Assembly: GCF_006345805.1 (NCBI RefSeq)
Contig: NC_043009.1
Span: 8,680,001-8,744,000 of the forward strand
DNA: 64,000 bases
Direction: 5' to 3'
Source of the DNA: Octopus sinensis
Lineage: Eukaryota
Numbering within the stretch: position 1 is the first letter of the stretch; every line of letters starts with the position of its first letter. The notes under the pieces were generated by a model. The model worked only from the letters and a program-made list of their open reading frames with translations. It was not told the DNA's origin and ran no database searches. This document shows, one piece after another, positions 12,151 through 24,316 of the stretch. Made by a program: the position numbers and the translations under genes.

Positions 12151-13709
12151 TCATCGTCATCATCATTTAGCATCCATTATCCTTGCTGGAATGGGTTGGA
12201 CAGTTTGACCAGGGCTGACAAGCTGAAGGGCTACACCAGACCCTAGTCTGATTTGGCATGGTATCTACGACTGGGTGCCCTTCCTAACACCAACCACTCT
12301 GAGAGTGTAGCGGATGCTTTTATATGTCACCAGTGTGGGTGTCAGTTTGCATGACACCAATATCTGCCACAACTATGATTTCACTTCTTGGCTTGATCGG
12401 TCTTCTTCTCAAGCACATCATTTGCCATTGCCTCCATGAGGCCCAGCTCTCACAAGATGCTTTTTACATACCAGTACAGGTGCTAGATATGCAACACCAG
12501 CATCGGCCACATTGCCTGTGCGAGGCCAAATGCTCAAAAGATGCTTTTAACATGCCAGATAACGACCACAGTTATGATTTCACCTGGCTTGACGGGTCTT
12601 CTCAAGCACAGCATATTGCCAAAGGTCTCGGTCACTAGTCATTGCCTGTGTGAGACCCAACATTTGAAGATCAGGCTTCACCACCTCATCTCGTGTCTTC
12701 CTGTGTCTCCTTCTTCCACAGCTTCCTTCCACTTGTAGAAATCAGCACTTCTTCACACAACTGTCCACATCCATACACATCACATGACCATACCAATGCA
12801 GTCGTCTCTCTCTCTTAATGCCTCTTATGCCCAGCTTTTCTCTCAAGACACTCCCACTTTGTCATACATGCACACTGACATTACACATCCAGTGAAGCAT
12901 ACTAACTTCAATTCTTTCAATCCTATGCATGTTCTCAGCAGTCACAGCCCATGTTTCAATGCCATGTAACATGGCTGTTCACACACAAGCATCATACAAT
13001 CTGCCTTTTACTCTGAGGGAGAGGCTCTTCATAACCAACAGAGGTAAGAGCTCTCTGAACTTTGCCCACCCTCTTCTTAATCTAGCAGCTATGCTCTCAG
13101 AGCATCCACACCCACTGCTGACTTGGTCACCTAGGTAACAGAAGCTATCAACTACTTCTAGTTTTCCTCCCTGGCAGTTGATGAAATCTACTTTCTGAAC
13201 ATTTATAGTGTTTATTGTACCTGTGCACCTTCCACACACAAAAACTATTTTCCCTGTTAACCTTCCCCTGATATTGCTGCAACCTCTTATGTAGGTACAT
13301 CTTAAGAATTTCTAAATATGCCTTTCCTACAAGCACAGCCATCTACCTGAGGGAATTTATGATTTATCTGCTTTCCTACTTACTAAGACTTTGGATTTTT
13401 GCTAGGTTAACTCTAAGGCCCTTCAATTCTAGACCCTTGCTTTCAGACCTGAAACTTCTCTAGTTCTGGCAGTGATTCAGCTATAAGAACAATGTCATCA
13501 GCATAGAGGAACTCCCAGGGGCAGCCTGTCTTGAATTCCTCTGGTATTGCCTGGAGGATTATGATGAATAAGAGTGGGCTGAGGACTGATCCCTGGTGAA
13601 CCCCTACTTCTACCCTGAATTCTCCACTATACTCATTGCCAACCCTCACCTAACTGACAGCATCCCTGTACATGGCTTGTACAGCTCTCACCAACCAATC
13701 ATCTACCCC
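12151..13709 (-). mobile_element. 5'-truncated, decayed RTE-clade LINE (RT domain to 3' UTR and (GAT)n tail)
   Basis: Minus-strand GVHQGSVLSPLLF...LYADD (13443-13649) and YLGDQ...RRGWAKFRELLPLL...KGRLYDACV (12979-13239); runs into the C-type 3' UTR ending in gatgatga at about 12151. Confidence 0.88.
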
Positions 13710-13725
13710 TATATATGTGTGTGTG

Positions 13726-13787
<62 letters not shown>

Positions 13788-13912
13788 GAGAAGGAGGGGA
13801 GAGATTTGCATCTGTGTTGTGATGTCTTTGTGTTTGTCACCCACCACTGCTTGACAACCAATATTTGGTTTGTTTATATCCCGTAACTTAGCAAAGATCA
13901 ATAGAATAAGTA

Positions 13913-14040
13913 CAGTAGGGCCTCACTTTACAAGACCCCGGATTTACAAGTTTTTACAAGTTTTATTTTCTGTTTATGGGTTTTTGCTTTACAATCTTTC
14001 TCTAGGAATGAATTAACTCATACATCGAGGCATTACTCTG
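13913..14040. mobile_element. Decayed Tigger-like MITE
   Basis: TA|cagtagggcctcacttac start and a degenerate inverted end (catcgaggcattactctg). Confidence 0.35.
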
Positions 14041-14835
14041 CGCCTTTCCCTTGGATAACAATGGTGGCATGGAAAGGGCAGGTCGGTGTGCGTGGGCGAT
14101 TGCTGGTCCTCCATAAAACAACCTTGCCCAGACTTGTGCCTGGGAGGGTAACTCTCTAGGTGCAATCCCATGGTCAGTCATGACCGAAGGGGGTTACAGC
14201 AACTCTACCTTCAAGTGGTGCCCCAGCTTGGCCACAATCCAATAACTAAGACAAGTAAAAGATAAAAGATTTTACTGCCACCACTGTAGTCTCCCTTACC
14301 AATGCCATGATTACAACCACTGTTTCTATCCACCAACACTTTTAAGGTTCCCTTAGTCTGCTGCTGCTGCTGCTGCTGTTGCTGATGATGATGATGCTAC
14401 CATGGAGGCCAGTCTCCAAAAGTTTAGAACTCAGAACTTACATTCATGTAGCAAATCCCAAGAAACTAGTGATGGTCTTTTGCATCAGCAGTCAGTGATT
14501 ATCCCATCTTATGTTCTCTCCCTCTACAGCCCTCTCTCTCTCTCTCTCCCTCCCCTCTCTCTCTCTCTCTCCCTCTTCTCTCTCTCTCTCTCCATTCTCT
14601 TTTCTCATCATTCTGTCCCTTTCTGTTTCTATTATCATTGCTCTATTTTACTCTTGTCTAGGTTTTATTGTGCTCCTCCTATCTCACTGTCACTCTCTCA
14701 TTCTTTCCCTCTCCCTCTCTTCTTCTTCTCATGGACCACCATTCTTCTTTGTAATTTTTCAATTGTCTTCTCTTCCACCACTATTTCACAACAATCCCTC
14801 CAGCCATCATCACTCTTTCGCTTTCTCTGTTTCAG

Positions 14836-15011
14836 CAAGCGTCAGTACAACTGTCTCCACCAGACACCAACTTCATGTACATGGTACCTTAATGATGGTG
14901 CCTATTCTTTCCAACCAGACGAGAGTTATCGAATGCAGATTACTGTCCGCAACAGGAGAAAAAAACTCATCGCAAAGTCTAAGATCTTCTATATTTATTC
15001 TGCATTAATTG
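14836..15011 (+). CDS. Receptor exon: second half of the Cys-containing cytokine-binding domain (KRQYNCLHQTPTSCTWYLNDGAYSFQPDESYRMQITVRNRRKKLIAKSKIFYIYSALI)
   Basis: Acceptor ctttctctgtttcag, donor G|gtaagc; phase 2 in, phase 1 out; resembles the gp130 D2 segment DTPTSCT...VKP. Confidence 0.85.
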
Positions 15012-18000
15012 GTAAGCAAAGTTTTGTGCTTACAACTGTTTTTTCTATTCTCTCCTACTTTTATTTAGAAAAATTTTATATAAATTTTTTTTTGTGAAAA
15101 ATATTGTTATGAATTAGTTTTTCAGCAGCCTATGTTCTGCTTTACTGCATTTACAGTAGTGAGGATAAGAGAAAGCCAGGCAGAACAAATATTACTAAAG
15201 ACTTTGTTTAAAAGTACCAGTTTTTTTTTTTGGTTTTACCAAGTTACTCTCTTTTACTCTTTTCAGTCATTTGACTGCGGCCATGCTGGAGCACCGCCTT
15301 TAGTCGAGCAAATTGACTCCGGGACTTATTCTTTGTAAGCCCAGTACTTATTCTATCGGTCTCTTTTGCCGAACCGCTAAGTGACGGGGACGTAAACACA
15401 CCAGCATCGGTTGTCAAGCAATGCTAGGGGGACAAACACAGACACACAAACACACACACATATATATATACATATATACGACAGGTTTCTTTCAGTTTCC
15501 GTCTACCAAATCCACTCACAAGGCATTGGTCAGCCCGGGGCCATAGTAGAAGACACTTGCCCAAGATGCCACGCAGTGGGACTGAACCCAGAACCATGTG
15601 GTTGGTTAGCAAGCTACTTACCACACAGCCACTCCTACACCTATTTGTTCATATACCTTTTACAATATCACAGTATCAACCAGACAATTAGATGTTGTTA
15701 TATGCTGCTGGTCACAATCACTGGCGTAACTAGAGTGTGTGCTGCCCGGGGTGGCCCGTCCGTTTGCCATCCACTAACCCCACAAAAAACATGTATTGCC
15801 TACAGCAGACCCAAAGTGCCACCTGAGGCGGACGGCCCTTGCTGCCCCCACCTAGCTACCCTAGTGGTCACAATGTGCTTCCAGTTTGTTGCCCGAGAAA
15901 TGACAGCTACATCACCACTCGTAGCTCAGTAATTTTCAGAGAAGCACAAATGTAAACAATGTGTGTGTTGTTCATGCATGTGTCACATGCACATACAACG
16001 CACAGATGCATGCATGCGCACACACGCACACACACACCTGAATGACATTCATGACTTGACTGCACCATTCTTTTCCATCTTGACCCAAATTGCTTCACTA
16101 AATCACCTTCCCGCTGTCGTAGAGCTCTTGCAAGTGGCCTTTTCTGATCTCTACATCCTATCATAAAGAGCCATTGCTTCAGAATGAAATAATCGGGTGT
16201 GGCTGTTTGGATTCTGATCATTTGGTACTGCTGACTGCACTTTCAACTTATTTTGGCCACAGTACTTTTTGGCACTGGAGGCAAAAACCACATGCACACA
16301 TGTGCAAAAAGATACATATACAGATTGCTACCAAATCCACTCACAAGGCTTTGGTCAGCCCAAGGCTATAGTAGAAGACACTTACCCAAGGTGCTGTGCA
16401 GTAGGACTGAATCCAGAACCATGTGGTTGGGTAGTAAGCTTCTTACCACACAGTCGAGTCTGAAATTCATATTTGTGATTGGCTTCTGTATAGTTTCCTA
16501 TTTCTTTACTACCCACAAGGGGCTAAATATAGAGGGCACAAACAAGGACAGACAAAGGGATTAAGTCGATTACATCAACCCCAGTGTGTAACTGGTACTT
16601 AATTTATCGACCCCGAAAGGAGGAAAGGCAAAGTCGACCTCGACGGAATTTGAACTCAGAACGTAAAGATAGACTAAATACCTATTTCTTTACTAACCAC
16701 TAGGGGCTAAACACAGGGAGGACAGACAAAGGGATTAAGTCGATTACATCGACTCCAGTGCATAACTGGTACTTATTTAATCGACCCCGAAGGGATGAAA
16801 GGCAAAGTCGACTTCAGTGGAATTTGAACTCAGAACGTAACGACAGATGAAATACCGCGAAGCATTTCGCCTGGCACGCTAACGTTTCTGCCAGCTCGCC
16901 GCCTTTGTATAGTTTCCATCTACTACATTCCACTCACAAGGATGGATGGAAGCACTCCGTCGGTTACGACGACGAGGGTTCCGGTTGAGCCGATCAACGG
17001 AACAGCCTGCTCGTGAAATTAACGTGTAAGGGGCTGAGCACTCCACAGACATGTGTACCCTTAACGTAGTTCTCGGGGATATTCAGCATGACACAGAGAG
17101 TGACAAGGCCGGCCCTTTGAAATACAGGTACCACAGAAACAGGAAGAAAGAGTGAGAGAAAGTTGTGGTGAAAGAGTACAGCAGGGATCACCACCATCCC
17201 CTGCCGGAACCTCGTGGAGCTTTAGGTGTTTTCGCTCAATAAACACTCACAACGCCCGGTCCGGGAATCGAAACCACGATCCTACAACCGCGAGTCCGCT
17301 GCCCTAACCACTGGGCCATTGCGCCTCCACCCACTCACAAGGACATACTAGAAGACACTTGTCCAAGATGCTGTTCAGTGGCCATGAATCCCAGAACTGT
17401 ATCATTGTGAAATGAGAGCTTCCTAACCACACAGCCATGCCTGCTGTTTCATTCCTCATTATATTCGCTTGTCATGGTTGGTCAGAATACCTACAGTTCT
17501 CACTACCATCTTATACAGTAACATTATTACAAATTTCCCCCTTTGCATACAAAGAGCTTTTGTGTTACATTATTCTTTTAATCTTAATCAACCTACTTCA
17601 ATAAATAAAGAGGTTACAACTTTTACTTTATGGTCGAATAGATTACAAAAGAAAGGGGACAAACAGCAAATCCTTTCTGTATGAGAACACATTTTATTTT
17701 CGTCTTTATTTTCCCATACTTGAGTGAGTGGAAAGCTCTCTGGTTTTGTTGGGTTTTTTTAAAGTTTTTTTTTGTTTGTTTTTTTGGGAAGTGAGGTGTT
17801 ATTTTTCTTTGTTGGTTTTTTTTTTATACTGGACACCCTTCCTACTCACCTCTTAATCACTGACCTGTGAAGTTATGGTTGTCAGTCAGTCACACAGAAT
17901 GAACACAGAATTACCTGTTTTGTTCAGGTGTCAAATATATAGATTTGAATCATGACTCCTGTGATTAGCATATTAAATTCTTTTACTCTTTTACTGGTTT

Positions 18001-20378
18001 CAGTCATTTGGCTTCGCAGCCATGCTGGGGCACTTACCTTCAAGAGTTTAGTTGATATAATATCAACCTCAGTACTTATTTTAGTCTGGTACATTATTTT
18101 ATTAATTTCCATTTGCTGAACCATTATGTTACAGCATAAAGGGGTACAATATGATGAGACTATTATAGTCTAATGTTGACATTAACACAAATATGGACTT
18201 TGGCTTCATGCACACACACACTCAGAGAACATATAAGTTTGTTTATTTCTGTTCATTTTACATCCGTTTTCCCATGTTAGCACATGTTACATGGCTATAT
18301 TATTAAGACGTTGTTTACAGCTTGATATTCTTCCTGTTTCTCAAATGTGTGCCAGCAGGCAGTTTGTTGCCCGAGAAATGACAGCCACATCACCACGTGT
18401 AGCTCAGTAATTTTCAGAGAAGCGCAAATGTAAACAATGTGTGTGTGTATGTGTGTTGTTCATGCATGTGTCACATGCACATACGACACACAGATGCATG
18501 CATGCGCACACACACACACCTGAATGGCATTCTTTTGCAGCCATCATGCAATGTCCGGGCAAGGAGACACAAACATACATTTCTGAACTGATCAACTTTA
18601 TCATCTCTCTATATATAAACGGCAAAATGTCTGTCTGTGTGTGTGTCCTTTATACAAATCCACAATTTTTCAGTTAGAGGGCTCGCACTTTCTATGGTCA
18701 TTCAAAACCGTTCCAGGGTGGTCGTGCACACCTTTACATTTCCCCAGTCACCCCGCAAAGCCATTAAAAAATCAATAGAAGTAACTTTTTTGTGAATTTT
18801 CTATCCAAAACTCAATCAAAATGTCCGAAACTTGATATGCCAATTGAATGCCAGCTAGCTGTATGTGATTGGTCGGAGATTTGGACAGTACTTGCGTGTA
18901 TGTGAGCACACATGCAGCTGTATATGCATGCACTAGCACTATGACCTGGCAACGCCGGGTCATAGTGCTAGTTTGCATATAATTGAAATAATTAGAACCA
19001 AATATTAAATCTGTACATGTTGTTGTGGCAGTAAGCTTACTCCATTAGCTTATAGGGGAAACATATTTTAACAGTCATGCCTTTTACCAATGCTAATCTC
19101 CTTTTACTAAAGCAGAGAATGAAACTGTAAAATCCTCACATCTTTTTTGGTGGTCTTTAAGATTACATCTGTCTTTGATGATGTCATAAGAATTCAGAAA
19201 CTTTGAGAGTACGTGAAAATATGAAATAATTCTTTTTTGGGGAATAATGGATCTTGATGCAGATAAAGCGATTATTTATAGTTTTGAGTTAAATAAGAAT
19301 AAATGAAGACATACTAAAAGTCTTATAGTAGGACAAATGGTAAATTGCACATGTAGCTTTGTTTGTTACTGATTCAGTCATCATTGGTCCACAATAACAT
19401 GATGCATTCAGTTGCAAGTCGCATTTCGTTTATCATTGATTGATCTGTGTTGACACAGGTCCAAGCAATCGAAGATTCTGCTTGTACTGCAAAAATGCTC
19501 TTCAGTGACCACCCACTGTGACCAGTTGCCCAGAATGCACTGATTATTGCTTGTGTTCACATGACTGTACTGTGAGCCTGCATATTTTTTTTTTATAAGG
19601 CATTACAAACTTGTACCCATCAACATGGGACCGGTGAACAGAAAAAGTGTGAAGGCACTTGACCCTAACAAACAATGCAGATGAGTGTGTTCTTTATAGG
19701 AAAAGGTAGAGATGGTCAAGAAAATATATGAGGGTGGAAGCCTTGCTGCGGCAAGCCATGAGTTTGGTGTCAATGAATCTACCTTTCATTCCATTTACGT
19801 GTGGGGAGATGATTCTTTTATCACTGATTTTATTTTTTTTTGTAGGACTAAAACTCCCGTGATAAATAAGGATTTTCCTGAGTGTTTAACACAAGCTTAA
19901 TTAAATTACCACCAAACAATTATAACAGTGATATGACAATAATTAAAAGAAAGTTGTTATTGTTGTTGTTTTTCTCTCCTCTTCTTTATTTTTCTCTCCT
20001 TTCAAATTTTCTTCGTTATATTCTAATTAAAGTGAAACCAGCTAAACTGCGCGGCATCAAATGCCAACCATATAACAGTAGTTGTACCAACTTATCATGG
20101 AACCATACTCATCCACTGAAATGCAGAGTTCGTTACCACTCACAGTGGGATCCTTCCAATATTTGGGAGGTAAGTTGGCCCTTTTCTTTAAACTTTCTTA
20201 TCTTTTTTTTCTTGTACTTGTTTCAGTCTGTGATCATACTCGAACACAACCTTGTGGGGTTTAGTCAAACAAATCAGACCCAGTACTTATTCTATCGATA
20301 TCTTTCTGCTGAACCCCCAAGTTAACAGGGCCATAAACAAAGCGACACCAGTTGCCAACCAGTCTTGAAGACAAACAT

Positions 20379-20409
<31 letters not shown>

Positions 20410-22113
20410 TACACATATATACATGACAGGCTTCTTTCAGTTTCTATCTACCAAATCCGTTCACAAAGCTTTGGTCAGCCCAGGCCTTTGGTAGAAGACA
20501 CATGCTCAAGATGCCGCACACTAGGGTTGAACTTGTAACCATGAGGTTGTGAATCCAACTTCTTATTGCATACGAAATAAATGAACCACATTGATAATGC
20601 TGTTGTTGGTAATGTTGCTGCTGTTGCTGTTGAGTGAAGTGGTCTTCATCCCAGAGCTCGCAAGATGGGAGAAGTCCGAAACGTGGTCCTTTGCTAAAGC
20701 AGGTCAACCCCCGACACCAAGAGCATCAACGGATGGATGAATGCGCATCCAGGCTCAGTGGTTGCGTAGGAAGTCGGGGACAAGAAACAGGAAGAAAGAG
20801 TGAGAGAAAGTTGGGGCGAAAGAGTACAACAGGGGTCACCACCACCCCCTGCCGGAGCCTCGTGGAGTTTTAGGTGTTTTGCTCAATAAACACACACAAC
20901 GCCCGGTCTGGGAATCAAAACTGCAATCCTCCGACCGCGAGTCTGCTGCCCTAACCACTGGGCCATTGCACCTCCACACTGCTGCTGGTGCTGGTGGAGG
21001 CAGAGTAGTGGTAATGATGATGAGGTAAAGTAATTATCATTAACTACAGTAACTATTACATTTTAACAAGACTGTGTGTACATGGTCTCTCCACTTGCAG
21101 GAAATAGCAACCAAATCTCTCAACTCAAGCCCCACCATCTTGACTATAAAAAAAAGTATACATTGGACAATGTAGTCCAAGACATAATTCTACTAAAAAC
21201 TGGATGGTCACAATTGGAATGCTTCTGATCATAGGTCTGCTGGATCAGGGTTGACTTGATAATAAACGACAATTCTAATTTTTATCACTAGTTAAGCATC
21301 TGTGAGAGATAATTGGTATAAAGTTGTATTATTTACTGAAAAAATTATTATACATGAGATAATTAACCAATCTAAGACTATATTAAAATAATTACCAGAT
21401 ATTTTTTTAGCCCTAAGTCAGATCCTCTTTCATTAAACAGACATGGTGTGATGTATCTAAGACTACATTGTATGGGGTAATATGAGACAAATTTAGCTGC
21501 TGATTCTAGCAGCTCAAGCAAGCATGCAGAAGCTGCCTTCATTTGCTTGATTCATGGCTGCAATTCCAAGCAGTGCAAGTGACACCTTGTAGAGATTCCT
21601 CTGATTTTCTCAGTATATCTTTTTTATTTAACCCTTTAGTGTTTAAACCGGCCATATCCGGCCCAAATATTCTACATGTTTTATATTCAAACTGGCCATA
21701 TCCAGCCTCTCACACCTAACCTACTTTGACATTCTAAAAATAGACAATCACATCATTGAAACCTCAAACATAATGCATAATTAATTCAAAACAATTTGAG
21801 TGAAAAAGTATTACATTTAATAGAGAAATTTGAACACCAAAGGGTTAAAATAGCAGGGTATAGTTGAAGGGAAATTTAACTGCTATTTCTAACATTTTGG
21901 GTGACCACATAGCAATTCCAGCATTTCATGATGAGTCTTTATCCTTGTGGGTTTTAGTTAAATAAATCAACCCCAAGTCCAGTACTTATTCTATCAATCT
22001 CCTTTGCCAAACAGCTAAGTGGCAAGGGAAATAAACAAACCAGCACCAGTTGGCAAGCAGTAGCAGGGTCACAGAAGACACACACACATACATGCATTAT
22101 GTGTGTGGGGGTG

Positions 22114-22179
<66 letters not shown>

Positions 22180-23193
22180 TACGACAGACTTTTACACAGC
22201 TTCTTTTTATCAAAGAAATTGATCTGCCATGAAGCTATAGAAGACACATGACCATGGTGCCATGCAGTGGGACTGAACTCAAAACCACATGATTACAAAG
22301 AGTGAGCTTCTTAACCACTCAGCCATGCTTGCTGTTTTTTGTTTGTTTGTTTTGTTTTTTTGAGATGGTAGGGTGTGTGTGTGGATTGTAATTATCAGAA
22401 GACCATGAGCAGCATCAGCCGTGAGGTAAGTTGCAGAAGTCAGCTAAGATGGAAGTGACATTTAGCTGAGGAAGCAAGCAATCAGACTTCGGTATGCTTC
22501 AGTGGACGGACTTAATGAGACTGGGATGGTGGGAGGGAAGAACTGAGACTGGGATGGTGGGAGGGAAGAACTGAGACTGGGACGGTGGGAGGGAAGAACT
22601 GAGACTGGGATGGTGGGAGGGAAGGACGTCAACAAGAATCTTGAGAAACAGAACCAACTGCTGTTAACTGATCCAAAGATAATTTCTTTGCTACGTCTGA
22701 AGTAAACGGTCCGACATCTCTGTAGAGGGGAAGGGGCAGGGTCTTGGTTTTTTTGTTTCCTCCTTATAGGTTGTTCTTGTTGTTTAGCCCTGGGTCATCT
22801 CTGATCCGGCAGACTTCTATGATCAAAGGCATTCCAGACATAATCATACCAATTTTTTTTTTTTTTTTTTCGTTTTCAGACATAATATATCTAAAACTAT
22901 ACAATCAAATGTATTCTTGTTTAAGATAGTAGGGTGTGGTTTGAGGGAGATTTGGCTGCTATTTCTAGCTGGTTGAGTAACCAGGTTTTTATAGGTTTTT
23001 ATAGGTGAGAGTGTGTGGGTGTGTATGAATATGTGTTTGTGCGCGATTATGCGAATGTGTATGTAAATATGTGTGCACTAATGTACTTGTGCATTTGTGT
23101 ATATTTTATTGTAAGAAGAGAACGGTTGCATATAAAAGTATGTATTGGAATAGTTTGGTAGGAGAGACTGTGTGCCCATGGCCTTCAGTCTGT

Positions 23194-23241
<48 letters not shown>

Positions 23242-24238
23242 ACATTGGTGCATATACATGCATCTGGGCACGTGTGGATGCCATTTACACTTTACAAATG
23301 TTAAAATTTTTGTTTTCTATCAAGCACAGTCACCCTCACATTTTACTGCCCTAAAAGCAGGGAACTCTCTGGTTGCATTTCAAGTGGCCTGTTTTTATTA
23401 TTAAATTCCCTTTTTCCTTCCGTCCCCTTCAGTCTTCCCCTTCCATTCCCAGCTTCCCTCATTATCTCCACATTGCTGCTCCACATTTCACTCAGAGCTA
23501 TGAATGGAACGTTTGAAGTACTTCGTTTTTGGATGCTGGGAATGTTGAGAGCATGATGCAGGCAGGAGTTGGACAAGATATTGCATAGAACGGGCAAGAA
23601 AGCGATAGATCTGTATGGAAGCATGGAAGCAGGTGTGTAAGGAGCCTTCTCTGCGGCAGTTAGTCATGAAATCAAAACCTGACAGTTATACTTAATTATA
23701 AATAGTAAAGGTGTAACAAAATAAGTGCAAGAACAGGAAAATATTTACTTTTTGGCAGAAAATTTAAACAACTTATAATAATGATAATAATAATAATGAA
23801 GAGGAGGAGGAGAAGAAGGAAGAGCTAAGCTGCAACTGACTTGGTTTGGGGGAATGATGGGAAGTTTATGAAAATATAGATGTGTGGTTTAGCATTATAA
23901 AATAACATTCCTTGATGATGAAGTTTCAGTTCCATTTATATGCATAATGTATCTATATAATAGTGTGTGTGTATGTGTAAATATATATTTATATGCATGT
24001 ATATGCACACACACACACACGCATGCATACATACATATATATATATAGATATAATCCACTAAAAACAACAACGCATGGTCACGGTACATGCAAAGTATTA
24101 ACAGACGCTCAGGGAAGGAAACAAAGGTAGTTTTACATTTTGAGTAAAGATCTCCAGAAACAGGAGACAGAGGAAAGTCCAAGAGAAAAGGGAGACGGAG
24201 AAAAAAATCACCAATGATCCACATGTAGTGTTATATAT

Positions 24239-24316
<78 letters not shown>

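Noticed and set aside
14402-15097. 231-aa ORF as a single-exon gene
   Set aside because: The first two thirds is (CT)n-derived low complexity; only 14836-15011 is a splice-bounded exon.
17255-17330. tRNA gene
   Set aside because: It is the tRNA-derived head of SINE family D, continuing into a SINE body with TSDs.
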